Below are positions 11,996 through 23,880 of a DNA stretch of 64,000 nt, one piece after another (the stretch's first letter is position 1; the number at the start of each line of letters is the position of its first letter). Made by a program: the position numbers and the translations under genes. Origin of the DNA: Octopus sinensis. Taxonomy: Eukaryota. Where the stretch lies: positions 34,906,001 through 34,970,000 of the forward strand of contig NC_043013.1 of NCBI RefSeq assembly GCF_006345805.1, given 5' to 3'. Under the pieces are notes generated by a model. That model saw nothing but the letters and a program-made list of their open reading frames with translations, ran no database searches and was not told the DNA's origin.

Positions 11996-12525
11996 ACTTT
12001 CATGGTTTCTGATCTTAACATGGTTTCTGATCTTAACATGGACATTGTTTTGTCTTGGTATAAAAGATGGGCTACAGCAAATATTCTGCTCAATACCACA
12101 GATTTGCTTGTCAGTTGTTTGACCTTAACCAGTTGACCATGTCCCTTAGTGGCTGCCGACTAGTGCATCTCTGATCATGAGCAGAAGTAGTCGGGGAGCA
12201 TCATAGCCATGTGTTGAGAGGGATTCTTTGGGGTTTGAATAAGTCACTTCTGGAAACATGGGTGGTTCGTTCATCATCCTTAAACAACCCTTATTCAGGG
12301 ACATTTTGAGTGGAATGGGCTACTCAACCAGAAAAAATTCTAACTGGGCCCCACCTGCAAGGTCATGTGCTGTTTATCTTGATATGCGATCACCATGTCG
12401 CACACATATGGTTGTGATGTATGGTGCCTGGCGTACCCTTATCAGATGGGTAGTCATGCTGGAGATACTGGGCTTCGTATATTTTACCCCAGTGTCACTT
12501 TGTGGCATGCACTGCTCTCTCACTC
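11996..12525. mobile_element. Unclassified ~510-bp interspersed element X bounded by (TAA/ATT)n
   Basis: Homologous to 39738-40076 and 61638-62146; the terminus gagtgagagagcagtgcatgcc abuts (ATT)n identically in two copies; no convincing ORF. Confidence 0.8.
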
Positions 12526-12562
12526 AATAATAATAATAATAATGATAATAATAATAATAATA

Positions 12563-12600
<38 letters not shown>

Positions 12601-12735
12601 CATCATTATTATTATTATTATTATCATTATTATTATTATTATGATTATTATTATTATTACTATTATTATTATTATTATTATTATTACTATTATTATTATT
12701 ATTATTATGATGATGATGATGATTATTATTATTTA
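12526..12735. repeat. (AAT)n followed by (ATT)n microsatellite
   Basis: Direct reading. Confidence 0.95.
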
Positions 12736-13247
12736 CTTATAACAACAACAACAACAATGACAACAACTTTACATTTTAGCCATTGCTAAAAACAAACAGA
12801 ATGATATTCAGTCCACCAATAACATCGATTTTTATTTCAAAAGGGAATGAACTTTGATTTTAAAAGTTGATCTATGATTTGAAGATTATTAAAAAGCAAA
12901 GGTCATGTATACAAGAAGTTAAAGTTGAATATTTAGCATGAGATTTACACCTGTTACAACTAAAAAGGAAAAAAAAAAAAAATTATATATATTAAAGATT
13001 AGTGAAGAATATTTGAAAAATCTTTAAGAAGATTGGAATATACATAAATTTATAGTTCACTGATTCAATACTAAATGTACCGGTTTAAAAGAGTGATGCT
13101 GGAATTGTAGATTAGCATTTGCGAAATATATTTTGGGATACTGTGACAAAATTAAAAGAGAACAGAGATTAAATATGGCATTATAATCCAGGCAGTAAAT
13201 TGCTAGATACATGTATGCACATACATACATATGTGAATGTATGTATG

Positions 13248-13315
<68 letters not shown>

Positions 13316-13566
13316 TCATATATCAGAAAAAGAACACTCTAAACGTCAGAGCAGTAATATATATTTTCTGTTTACAAAATTAACTGACCGTAACGTTTTT
13401 CTATCTCTAATTGGAAAAGAGGTTATATGCGGCATCTATTAGAGTCTGACGAACCGTCTATAAAGTTAAACACTTTGTAAAATCAAAACCATTGGTCACT
13501 CTTTGACCAGTCCATATAATTAACTTCCAGTAAATCTATCTATCTATTTATCTATCTACCTAGTTA

Positions 13567-13604
<38 letters not shown>

Positions 13605-13949
13605 TATATACACATACATACATACATACATACATACATACATACATACATACAGACATACATTATTATGGCTGCCCCCTCGTTATCGAGTATGGCCATT
13701 GCACGAAGCTTAACTGTTACTGGAGCTGTGATCAAATATGAATTTTTACCTCAGCTAAAGATCTACAATGTCTTGTACAGAATTGGCAACTAATACCTTT
13801 ACCGGTAATAGCCAGCTGTAGTTGTAACTGGGCTTCATGTACCTTTGCATGTTGTTTAAGTCCTCCTGCATACATACATACAGACAGACAGACAGAGAGT
13901 CAGACTGATAGATAGATACAGCTATATATTTATACATGTATACATGTAA

Positions 13950-14385
13950 GAAATTGGGATGACAAAGGAATAAACAATTATGTTATGAACTTCATTGTGT
14001 TACAGTTGTTTCTGCTATAAAATGCCATAGTGTCATAATTGAATGCTTGAGTATCACCCTATAGCTTCATCAGAACTTCAAGCATGAAGTGCGATTTTAT
14101 TCGGGAAAATATTCAATCAGTCAAACAGCTTGCTTGCGAAATTAATATTCAAGTGACTGAATACTCCACAGACATGCCTACCTTTCACATAGTTCTCAGG
14201 GAGGTTAAGCATGACACACTGAACATGTTACAATGCTGGCCCAGGTACAACTTGATTTTGCAAGTTGAGTGGACTAGAGCAAGGTGAAATAAAAGTATCT
14301 TGCTCAAGGATGCAATGCATCACCAGGAAATGAATTCACAGCATTAGGATCAGGTATTGAATACCCTAACCACTAAGCCATGCAC
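13950..14385 (-). mobile_element. Old tRNA-derived SINE (separate family)
   Basis: Minus-strand head gtgcatggcttagtggttagggtattc (A-box-like), followed by ccttgagcaagatacttt, typical of SINE central domains. Confidence 0.6.
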
Positions 14386-14482
14386 AATCACACAAAAAAC
14401 TCAGACACACACATATACTTATGTACTTACATACATGCATACATATATATATATGTATATATATGTATATATATATTTAAAT

Positions 14483-14524
<42 letters not shown>

Positions 14525-14667
14525 ATAAGATTAGCTCGTATACGAGTAGGTATATATTTGTAAAAAATGAAGTTTGAAAATGCTGCTATATTAGACAAAT
14601 TTTAATTTTTAACATGTTTCGGTTCTTGAAATGACGAACCTTATCAAAAAAAATATATATAATAAGA

Positions 14668-14851
14668 GAGTTCATGCTATATGTTTAAAGAGTATGATGT
14701 AATAGTTCATAATTGTGACATATATTCAATAGAATCAAATATAAAAAATTCATATATAATAAAGGGAGTCCATGCTATATGTTTAAAGAGTATGATGTAG
14801 TAGTTCATAATTGTGACATACATTCAATAGAGTCAAATATAAAAAATTCAT
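14668..14851. repeat. Direct tandem duplication of ~85 bp
   Basis: gagttcatgctatatgtttaaagagtatgatg...aaatataaaaaattcat occurs at about 14668 and 14766. Confidence 0.85.
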
Positions 14852-15269
14852 GTTCTTGAAAAAGCGAGGAGTTCATTTTAGATTTTACCTTGTGTTCCAA
14901 TGGGAGCAACAGTAATGATTTTTGGTTGGTGTCTGTTCGTATAATTTTGGTGAATTTTGTGATTGTTTGGTTTATATCAGCTCAGCTTAGCAGTGGTCAC
15001 TTGCACTTTTCATTGACGTCATATAGTTCCAAACCAATCAAAACCCAGTCTCAACGAATATATCCTGTTAGGAAACCAACCAAGCGGAACGACAGTTTGG
15101 CCACAGAAGAAGTACGTCATCATTTTTTTGACGAATCGAAATTAGATCTGACCCATGACTGTATCCTGTTAGGTGGCTAGTCCAGCGGAACGAGACGTCA
15201 TCAATGTTTTGACCAATCATCCTGTTAGATATATATATATATATATATATCTATATATCTAACAGGATG

Positions 15270-15318
<49 letters not shown>

Positions 15319-15333
15319 GGAGAGAGAGAGAGA

Positions 15334-16341
15334 TTTTAGAGACAGAATCACCCACAAGCATCTGAATCGTCATTGAATGACATTATCCACAATATGTACA
15401 CATAAGACTAAATATTAAAATTATCAAAATTAATACCTACAATTCTTATTCCAAATTATCGAAGTTAATACCTTCAATTCTTATTGCAAATCACATACTT
15501 TACATTATATAGACTACGTGCGTTTCCTGACATCATATTCCTCGATATTGTTGAAATAGAATTTCTCTATACAATACCATATTAAAACGATTATATTGCC
15601 AATCATCAGGTCTATCTTATGTGAACTTATTTTGCTATTTACATCGTATATTAAAACATGACAAACTAAAATTATATAACTAGCAATTGTTGGAATAATT
15701 TTACTTTAGTAAATAATGAACAGAAATGTGGAATAAAAGTAGGAAAAAGAAATGTTAGTAAAAAGAAATGTTAACTTACTTGTATGGTAATTTTCACTCC
15801 AAGAATTAAACATGGCTACCAGCAATTGTATACTTCAACATTGAAAGCTACTTTGTAGGGGAAAAAATTCTTATTAACATTTTTAAATTCTTAAAAGTTA
15901 TTTCTATTATTAAAAAAAAAAAGACTATTCCCATCATACAAGTTTCTGATTTATTATTATTATAAATAATAGAAAATTATTCCAACAACTGCTCGTTATA
16001 TAATTTTAGTTTGTCATGTCTTAATATACGATGTAAATAGCAAAATAAGCTCATATAAGATAGACCTGATGATTGGCAATATAATCACTTTAATATGATA
16101 TTGTATAGAGAAATTCTACTTCAACAATATCGAGGAATATGTTGTCATGAAACGCGCATAGTCTATATAATGTAAAGTATATGATTTGTAATAAGAATTG
16201 AAGGTATTAATTTTGATAATTTAAAATAAGAATTGTAGGTATTAATTTTGATAATTTTAATATTTAGTCCTATATGTACATATTGTGGATAATGTCATTC
16301 AATGATGATTCAGTTGCTTGAGAGTGATTCTGTCTCTTAAA
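15334..16341. mobile_element. Foldback/MITE-like element with ~370-bp terminal inverted repeats
   Basis: 15334-15702 is the reverse complement of 15973-16341 with scattered mismatches; the ~270-bp spacer is partly duplicated at 8185-8395. Confidence 0.88.
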
Positions 16342-16504
16342 CCTATCTATTTATATGTATATAATGCAGTGAGTAATTCATTTTAGTACCACTGAATTGA
16401 ACATCTCTTCCCTGTGGACTCGGAAATAACTTCCCAAAAATTAATGATAATAATATATACATATATTTATATGTGTGTGTGTACATATATATATATATAT
16501 ATTA

Positions 16505-16769
16505 CAGTAATCCCTCGACTATTGCGGGTGTTATGTTCCAAAACCCTCCCATGATCGGAGAAAATCAGCGAAGTACTGTATATTTTTTTTATTATTTTTA
16601 TAATTTGTATACATTTATTTTATTATAAAGGCAAAACAACACCATGGAGGAATTGATGTAAGCTTAAATAATAAACCGCAATAAGTGAACTCCGATAGGT
16701 GAACCACGGTAGGGGAACCCCAATTGGTGAACAGCAATAGGTGAACTGCTACGTGGCGAGGGATTATTG
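16505..16769. mobile_element. Tigger/pogo-like MITE
   Basis: TIRs cagtaatccctcg and cgagggattattg (1 mismatch); preceded by TA. Confidence 0.75.
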
Positions 16770-17832
16770 TGCCACAACCTCAACCACTACAACCAACACC
16801 ACAACCATCATCATCATAATCAACACTACCATCACCAGCACCACCCGACATTACTACAGAAAACATATCCATACCACCAAGTGAGTTTAACATGCAAATA
16901 AGGTGGGTGGTAGGTTGGGTGGTTCTAATTTCAATTTAGATTCAGTCCTTTAAATAGTTCTGATGTATGAGAGTTAGGGGTGAACTAAGTTTAAATAGGA
17001 TGGTTGTGTACATATGAGGGTGTCAGGTGAGAAGGAGAAGAAGCAAAGTGTGATATGGGGTCCAGAGAAGTAAGTAAGATGTAATGAGAGGGGCTAGTTT
17101 CGAGGTTAAAACCTGCTAAGTTGATGGTAAGGGTACAGCATGTTGTAGGGGTGTCAGGTGGCTGGTGTAAGGGTTGTGTAATGTCAGTTTCATTGGTGTC
17201 ATATGGTGTAGGGTTGTTTAGGGTCCATGGGGTAGATGTAGCTCATGATGATGATAGTGATAACGACAATCAGGAGAAGGAACGCGAGGAGGAGGAGAGA
17301 CAGGATGAGGAGGGGTGGACAGACATGAGGGGAGGATGCCGGGGGGGGATAACGAGGAGGAAGAGGAAGAGAGACAGGAGAAGAAGAGAGACACAGGAGG
17401 AGAAAGAGAGACAGGAGGTGGAAGGGAGACAGAAGGAAGAAGAGTGAGGAGGTGGTGGTGGTGATGGAGGAGGCAGAGAAGGAGGTGAAGGTGGAGGAGG
17501 AAAGAAAGAAGAGGAGGAAAGAAAGAGGAGGGGAAAGAAAGAGGAGAAGAATAATTGTGATGAGAAAAATGATTATGATGATGAGAATAAAAGCAACAAC
17601 AAACCTGATGACAATAATAATCTCAGGAATCTCTAACACTGGTAATTAACAGTTCTTCATAACTGTTTGATCAAATTGAAGACAAATCTCATCTAATCTG
17701 ATAACTCCCTGGATAGATAGGATGTCATTCCTAACAGGCAGCTCTCTCAACCCTCCAAGAATATTTGTTTAATTCTTGGATACATGGTAAAGAAAGCAAA
17801 TGGATTATGAAGTAGTAGTAGTAGTTGTAGTA

Positions 17833-18380
17833 GTTCAAATTCTGCCAAGGTCAACTTTGCTTTCATCCTTTCAGGGTTGATAAATTAAGTACCAGTTTCG
17901 CACTGGGGCTGATGTAATCAACTTAATCCTTTTGTCTTCCCTTGTTTGTACCCTCTATGTTTAACCCCTCGTGGGCAATAAAGAAATAAGAAACGTTAGC
18001 ATGCCGGGTATTTAGTGGTATTTCGTCTGTCTTTACATTCTGAGTTCAAATTTCGCTGAGGTTGACTTTGCTTTTCATCCTATTGTGATCAATAAAGTAT
18101 ATACCAGTTGCATACTGAGGTCAATCTAATTGACTGGTCTCTTCCCCAAAAATTTTAGGCCAGGTGCCTAGAGTAGAAAAGAATCGTTGACATGCTGGGG
18201 GAAAAATGCTCAGTGGTATTTCATCTGTCATTACATTCTAAGTTCAAATTCCGCCAAAGTCAACTTTGACTTTTATTCCTTCAGGATCGATAAAATAAGT
18301 ACCAGTTGAACACTGGGGCTAATATTATCAACCTCCACCCTTCCCAGAAATTTCTGGCCTTGTGCCAAAATCTGAAACCA
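17833..18380 (+). mobile_element. Three head-to-tail SINE family B copies
   Basis: The gagttcaaatt...gactttgc(c)tttcatcc...aagtaccagtt...cactgggg core recurs three times. Confidence 0.85.
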
Positions 18381-18644
18381 TTATCTTGAAGGTTTGAGAT
18401 TTTGAAGATGTGATTGTTTGTTTTTAGGATAACATTGTAGGATAGGTGTAAGAGGCTAAATGAGGCTAGTTTGAATATTTGGGTTTGATATGGCCAGTTT
18501 AAATATTAAACTTTTAAACAAATTCTACCACCTCTGAATTTTTTCTTTTTTTGATAAACAATCTACCAAGGACTACATTATCTAATGTTTCCTGTCATAC
18601 ATTTTTAATCTTCCAATTTTTTCTCCTTTGTTGTAATACATTAA

Positions 18645-19034
18645 CCCTTTCATTACTGTATTTATTTCGAGATGTTCTGTGTTTCTTTCAATTACTTTAA
18701 ATATAACAAAGAATTTAGTAAAATAACTTAATTATCATTAAGCTAGATTTAGGAACATAAATTGCAACTAAGGTTTGATGGAAGATTTTAATTCAAAACT
18801 TATGAAAACAAGACATTTGTACTACAGAGCCAGAGGTGGTTTCAACTAGGTTAGTATCGAAAGGATTAAATATAACAAAGAATTTACTAAAATAGCTTAG
18901 TTATGATTAAGCTGGTGTTAGGAACATAAGTTGCGACTAAGGTTTGGGGTAAGATTTTTATTCAAAACTTATGAAAACTAGACATTTGTACTACAGAGCC
19001 AGAGGTAGTTTCAGCTGGGTTGGTAACGAAAGAG
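18645..19034. mobile_element. piggyBac-like MITE with a duplicated right portion
   Basis: TTAA at 18641-44, 18866-69 and 19035-38; TIR-like ccctttcattac versus gtaacgaaagag; 18869-19034 repeats the part of copy 1 after its internal TTAA. Confidence 0.65.
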
Positions 19035-19934
19035 TTAATGATGTGACCTGTAAAAAATATGTTTGCTATTTCTAGTACGTGAAGCTACCACATTGAAGCT
19101 TCTTCATGATTTTGTGGTTAGGTGTGGGGGCTAGTATTAGAAAATAGATCAAGTTGGGCTTAACTTATCAGAGCTACAGTGTTTTTTTTTTTTATCTGGC
19201 CCTTGAAGGGGAAGGACAAACTTGAGTAAGGTGAAGCAAGATCATAGCCGTCAGTGTAAGAAAAGATGAGATGTGCAGGGAGGGGACCCAACATAAGGAC
19301 TGAAAGAGATTTCTCGGAAAAACAAAATTGTTAGAACACAATTGAAATTCAATAAAGTATTGGTACTTGACACCCTCAAGACCATATGCAAAAGAAATAC
19401 ACAAACTGAATAAAGAAATAGATAAATAAATAAATAAATAAATAAAAAATAAATAAATAAATAAATAAAGGGCAAAACAGAAGAGCGGTGGGGTGGTCAC
19501 CCTCTCTTTCTAAATAATTCCTATACATACCAGTACACCCTCTGTCATTGAATATGATGAGATACAACAGCGTGTGGTAACAATGTTTAAATGTCTATTA
19601 GTACTGACATGTAAAATATATTGGAAAAGCACCGAAGTACCTCCACGTGAAATACATGCTAACAAAGCAACCACACACATACACACACACATACACACAC
19701 ACACACACATATGCACACGCATGCACGCACACACACATTCACTCGCATATTTACAAAGAATGAAACAGACCCGTTTATGCAAATACATGGCAAAACCTCT
19801 GGGTAATCACAATAAACATAAAAATATAGTCATATTATTATTAGGCACACTGGTGTGAATGTGTGCATGCTTGTGTGTGCGCACCTATCCAGTTATATCT
19901 ATATACATGCTTATATACATATAGATAGATAGAT

Positions 19935-20345
19935 GCCGGAGTGGCTGTGTGGTATGTAGCTTGCTTACCAACCACATGGTTCTGGGCTCATTCCCACTGC
20001 GTGAAACCCTGCACAAGTGTCTTCTACTATAGCCTCGGGCCAACCAAAGGCTTGTGTGTGGATTTGGTAGACAGAAACTGAAAGAAGCCCATCGTATATA
20101 TGTAGATATATAAATATATGTATGTGTGTGTATATGTTTGTGTGTCTGTGTTTGTGCCCCTAACATCCTTTGACAGCTGATGCTGGTGTGTTTACTTCCC
20201 CCTAACTTAGCGGTTCGGAAAAGAGACTGATAGAATAAGTACTAGGCTTCCAAAGAATAAGTCCTGGGGTCGATTTGCTTGACTAAAGGCAGTGCTCAAG
20301 CTTGGCCACAATCAAATGACTGAAACAAGTAGAAGAGAAAGAGAA
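19935..20345 (+). mobile_element. SINE family A
   Basis: Full head-to-tail match to the family. Confidence 0.9.
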
Positions 20346-20428
20346 AAAAAGATGAGCACAAACACATAGATATACAGATACATACCTACATACCTACAGA
20401 TATATATATATATATATATATATGTATA

Positions 20429-20820
20429 TCTTTTACTTGTTTCAGTCATTTGACTATGGCCATGCTGGAGCACTGCCTTTAGTCTAGCAAATCGCTTTGT
20501 AAGCCTAGCACTTATTCTATGAGTCTCTTTTGCCGAATCGCTAAGTTATGGGAACATAAACACACCAGCATCAGTTGTCAAACGATGTTGGAGGGGACAA
20601 ACACAGACACACAAGCATATACATACACACACACACATACATATATATATTTATACATATATACGACAGGCTTCTTTCAGCTTTCGTCTACCAAATCAAC
20701 TCACAAGGCTTTGGTCAGCCCGAGGCTATAGTAGAAGACACTTACCCAAAGTGCCACACAGTGGGACTGAACCTGGAACCATGTGGTTCATAAGCAAGCT
20801 ACTTACTACACAGCCACTCC
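20429..20820 (-). mobile_element. SINE family A (tail-to-tail with the previous copy)
   Basis: Reverse-complement match to the family. Confidence 0.9.
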
Positions 20821-20842
20821 TATATATATACATATATATATA

Positions 20843-20907
<65 letters not shown>

Positions 20908-21587
20908 TACACTCACACAAACACGTATGTACTGAAGCAGGTACGTTTCCACATACACATGCACATACATACACATGCACACACAAACATATATTCATTA
21001 GCAAACGCATCCGCATCCCAGCAAGACTGTCATATTCTGCCTTATATTATTAGCACTGTTGACTAAAACCATCACCAGGACGATGACGACGACGACCACC
21101 ACCACAACAACAACAACAAAAGCAGGAAGAAGATGAACAACAACAACTTCAACAACAACACATTTGACAAGAAAGCTGAACAAGGCAACAATAACAACAG
21201 TAAGGTGAAGAAAACCTATCAACCCTTTGTTGAAGAGTTCTACTTTACCACAAATTCAGCCATTCCAACCCCCACTCCCTTATCAACAGCCAGATTTTGG
21301 CAGTTAAAGTCTCTGGAAGACGTGACTGAATTTACAATACCAAGAAAGTTTCTATGATGATAATAATGATGATGAGAATGATAATTGTAATGGTGGTGGT
21401 GGTGGTGGTGGTGGTTGTGACAGCTGCTGTAGATAAGGATGGTGATGATGATGATGAGGATCATCATTATTATTATTATTATTGTTATTATAATTATTAT
21501 TATTATTATTATTATTATAATTATTACTATTATTATTATTATTATTATCATTATTATTATTATCATTATTATTATTATCATTATTAC

Positions 21588-21623
<36 letters not shown>

Positions 21624-21625
<2 letters not shown>

Positions 21626-21838
21626 GGGCGGAGAGCTGGCAGAATTGCTAGTGCGCTGGATGAAATGCTTAATGGTATTTCACCTGTTGGTACTTCTGAG
21701 TTCAAATTCTGCTGTGGTCAACTTTATGTTTCATCCTTTTGGGGTTGATAAATTAAGTACCAGTTGAGTACTGGGTCGATCAAATTAACAGGCCCTCCCT
21801 CCCCAATCAAATCGACTGGCCCCCTATAGTAGAAAGGA
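21624..21838 (+). mobile_element. SINE family B in (ATT)n
   Basis: agggcggagagctggcagaattgctag...ctgagttcaaattc...gtagaaaggattattatt. Confidence 0.85.
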
Positions 21839-21913
21839 TTATTATTATTATTATCATCATCATCATCATTATTATTATTATTATCATTATTATTATTATC
21901 ATTATTATTATTA

Positions 21914-21959
<46 letters not shown>

Positions 21960-21964
21960 TTATT

Positions 21965-22386
21965 ACCTTGGCACTGCTTCTAACGCTGGAGATGTACCAT
22001 GGTGTCAGCTATTCACTACCAGTGAACTAAAGTAACACCCCTAATTTTTCGGGCACCTTCCGGAGTATTCGAGCAGTTCCAAGCAGTGCTGTTTTCTGCA
22101 AGTTTTCCACCCTTATTGCAGCCACTTTTTGTTCCATGTACTTCTCAGGAATTTTGTTCACTGTTCCCAAGGCTCCAACAATTATTGGTACTACTACCAC
22201 CTTTTTCATCGGCCACAACTGCTTAACCTCCCAAGCTAACTTATCATATCTCTCGACTTTTCTTTCTTCCTTATCGCATACCTTGTTTTCAACTGGGCAT
22301 GCTATATCTATGATCCAGCATAGTTTGTTTTCTTTCTCAATTAAGACTATGTCCGGCTTCCTATTCTCAATCGCAGTGACCATGAG

Positions 22387-22388
<2 letters not shown>
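21965..22388 (-). mobile_element. R4/Dong-like LINE, RLE-domain 3' fragment (copy B)
   Basis: ORF 22027..22503: RKPDIVLIEKENKLCWIIDIACP..KEERKVERYDKL..VPIIVGALG..LQKTALLGTARILRKV (PD..D RLE motif); (ATT)n on both sides. Confidence 0.9.
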
Positions 22389-22427
<39 letters not shown>

Positions 22428-22465
22428 TACTACTATTACTATTATTACTATTATTGTTATTAATG

Positions 22466-22676
22466 CAGTGAGCTAGCAGAGTTGTTAGCACACTGGACAA
22501 CAATGCTTAGTAGCATTTCATCTGTTTTTACATTCTGAGTTCAAATTCTGCCGAGGTCAAATTTGTTTTTGGTCCTTTTGGGTTTGGTAAAGTAAGTACC
22601 AGTTGAACACTGGGGTCAATGTAATTGATTTACCTCCCTCCCTCAGACTTGTTGGCCTTGTGCCAAAATGTGCAAC
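22466..22676 (+). mobile_element. SINE family B between (ATT)n and (ATC)n
   Basis: Family-B head and core. Confidence 0.85.
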
Positions 22677-22695
22677 CATCATCATTATTATCATT

Positions 22696-22739
<44 letters not shown>

Positions 22740-22811
22740 TATATTCATTATCATAATTATTATTATTACCGTCATCATTATTATCATTATTATTATTGCT
22801 GTTGTTATTAT

Positions 22812-23610
22812 ATGAAAACTCACAGCTTATTTTGCTGGATGTGATGGAAAGTGTCAGCTGTCCACAGAATTCTTGCAGTTCCAAGCAATGCTGATTTTTG
22901 TAGGTGTTCTACCTTCACACTTGTACCGATCTTTTTCAGCCATGCTGGTAGTTGAGCGCTGATACTTCCAAATGCACTAGTTACTATTGGTATCACGTCT
23001 ACTCTCTTCGTTGACCAAAACCTTCGTTTTTCCCACTTCAAATCATCATAGTTGTTTGTTTTTTCTTCTTCTTTCACTTTGATCCTGTTGCTGTGTTGTC
23101 ACCAGGGCATGCTATGTTGATTATCATACATGTTCTTTTTTTATTCCCCACAACAATGCCTGCTTTTTGATGTCTGGTTGTATGATCACACTGGATCATT
23201 GCATCCCACAGGATTTTGCAATTCTCATTTTCACTGACTCCTTCTGGAGTTTGCTCATACCACGTCTTTGCTCTTTGTAGGCCGTGATTTCCACAGGGCT
23301 CCCAATGGATCATTCTAGCCACATTGTCATAGCGTCGTCTGTATTCGCATTGTGCTATTTTCGGTCATTCGCTAACGATGTGCCATACCGTTTCTCCCCT
23401 CTCGACACACATTCTGCATTTGTCGCTATCAGTAATATTGTCTATTCTGCACTTCATATAATTGGTCCTTAATGCTTGTTCCTGAGCAGCGCATATGAGT
23501 GCTTCTGTCTCTATCTTCAGGTCACCCCTCCTCATCCATAGCCACCAGTCCTCTGTATCTGTCTTGGTGTTCATATCTCTTGCAAACTGACCATACACTT
23601 TCTTTACAAC
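22812..23610 (-). mobile_element. R4/Dong-like LINE relic with CCHC knuckle and RLE (copy C)
   Basis: ETEALICAAQEQALRT..CRMC...ETVWHIVSE* (final Cys replaced by a stop), ILWDAMIQCDH, INIACPGDN and LQKSALLGTARIL across ORFs 23365..23631, 23074..23322 and 22820..23077. Confidence 0.9.
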
Positions 23611-23880
23611 CCTGAAAGAGATGAAAGGCAAAATTGACCTTGGTAGAATTTGAACTCAAAATGTAGCAACAGACAAACTGCTTCTGATCATTTTCCCCAG
23701 TGTGCTAACTTTTGTGCCAGCTTTCCATCTTGATTTTGAATATATATTGACAGGTATTTTATCAACCTCAGAAGGATGGAAAGCAAAACTGACTTTGGTG
23801 GAATTAGAACTCAAAATGTAAAGAGCTGGAACAAATATTGCAAGGCATTTTACCCAGTGTCACTACAAATTCATCAATCC
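23608..23880 (-). mobile_element. Two degenerate SINE family B copies
   Basis: Reverse-complement core gatgaaaggcaaaattgacc...gaatttgaactc occurs twice. Confidence 0.7.

Noticed and set aside
13435-13485. CUGACGA...UAAACAC hammerhead-like string
   Set aside because: G12 is absent and stem I does not pair.
17121-17649. Glu/Arg/Lys-rich ORFs
   Set aside because: A purine-rich (GAG/GGA/GAA) low-complexity tract.
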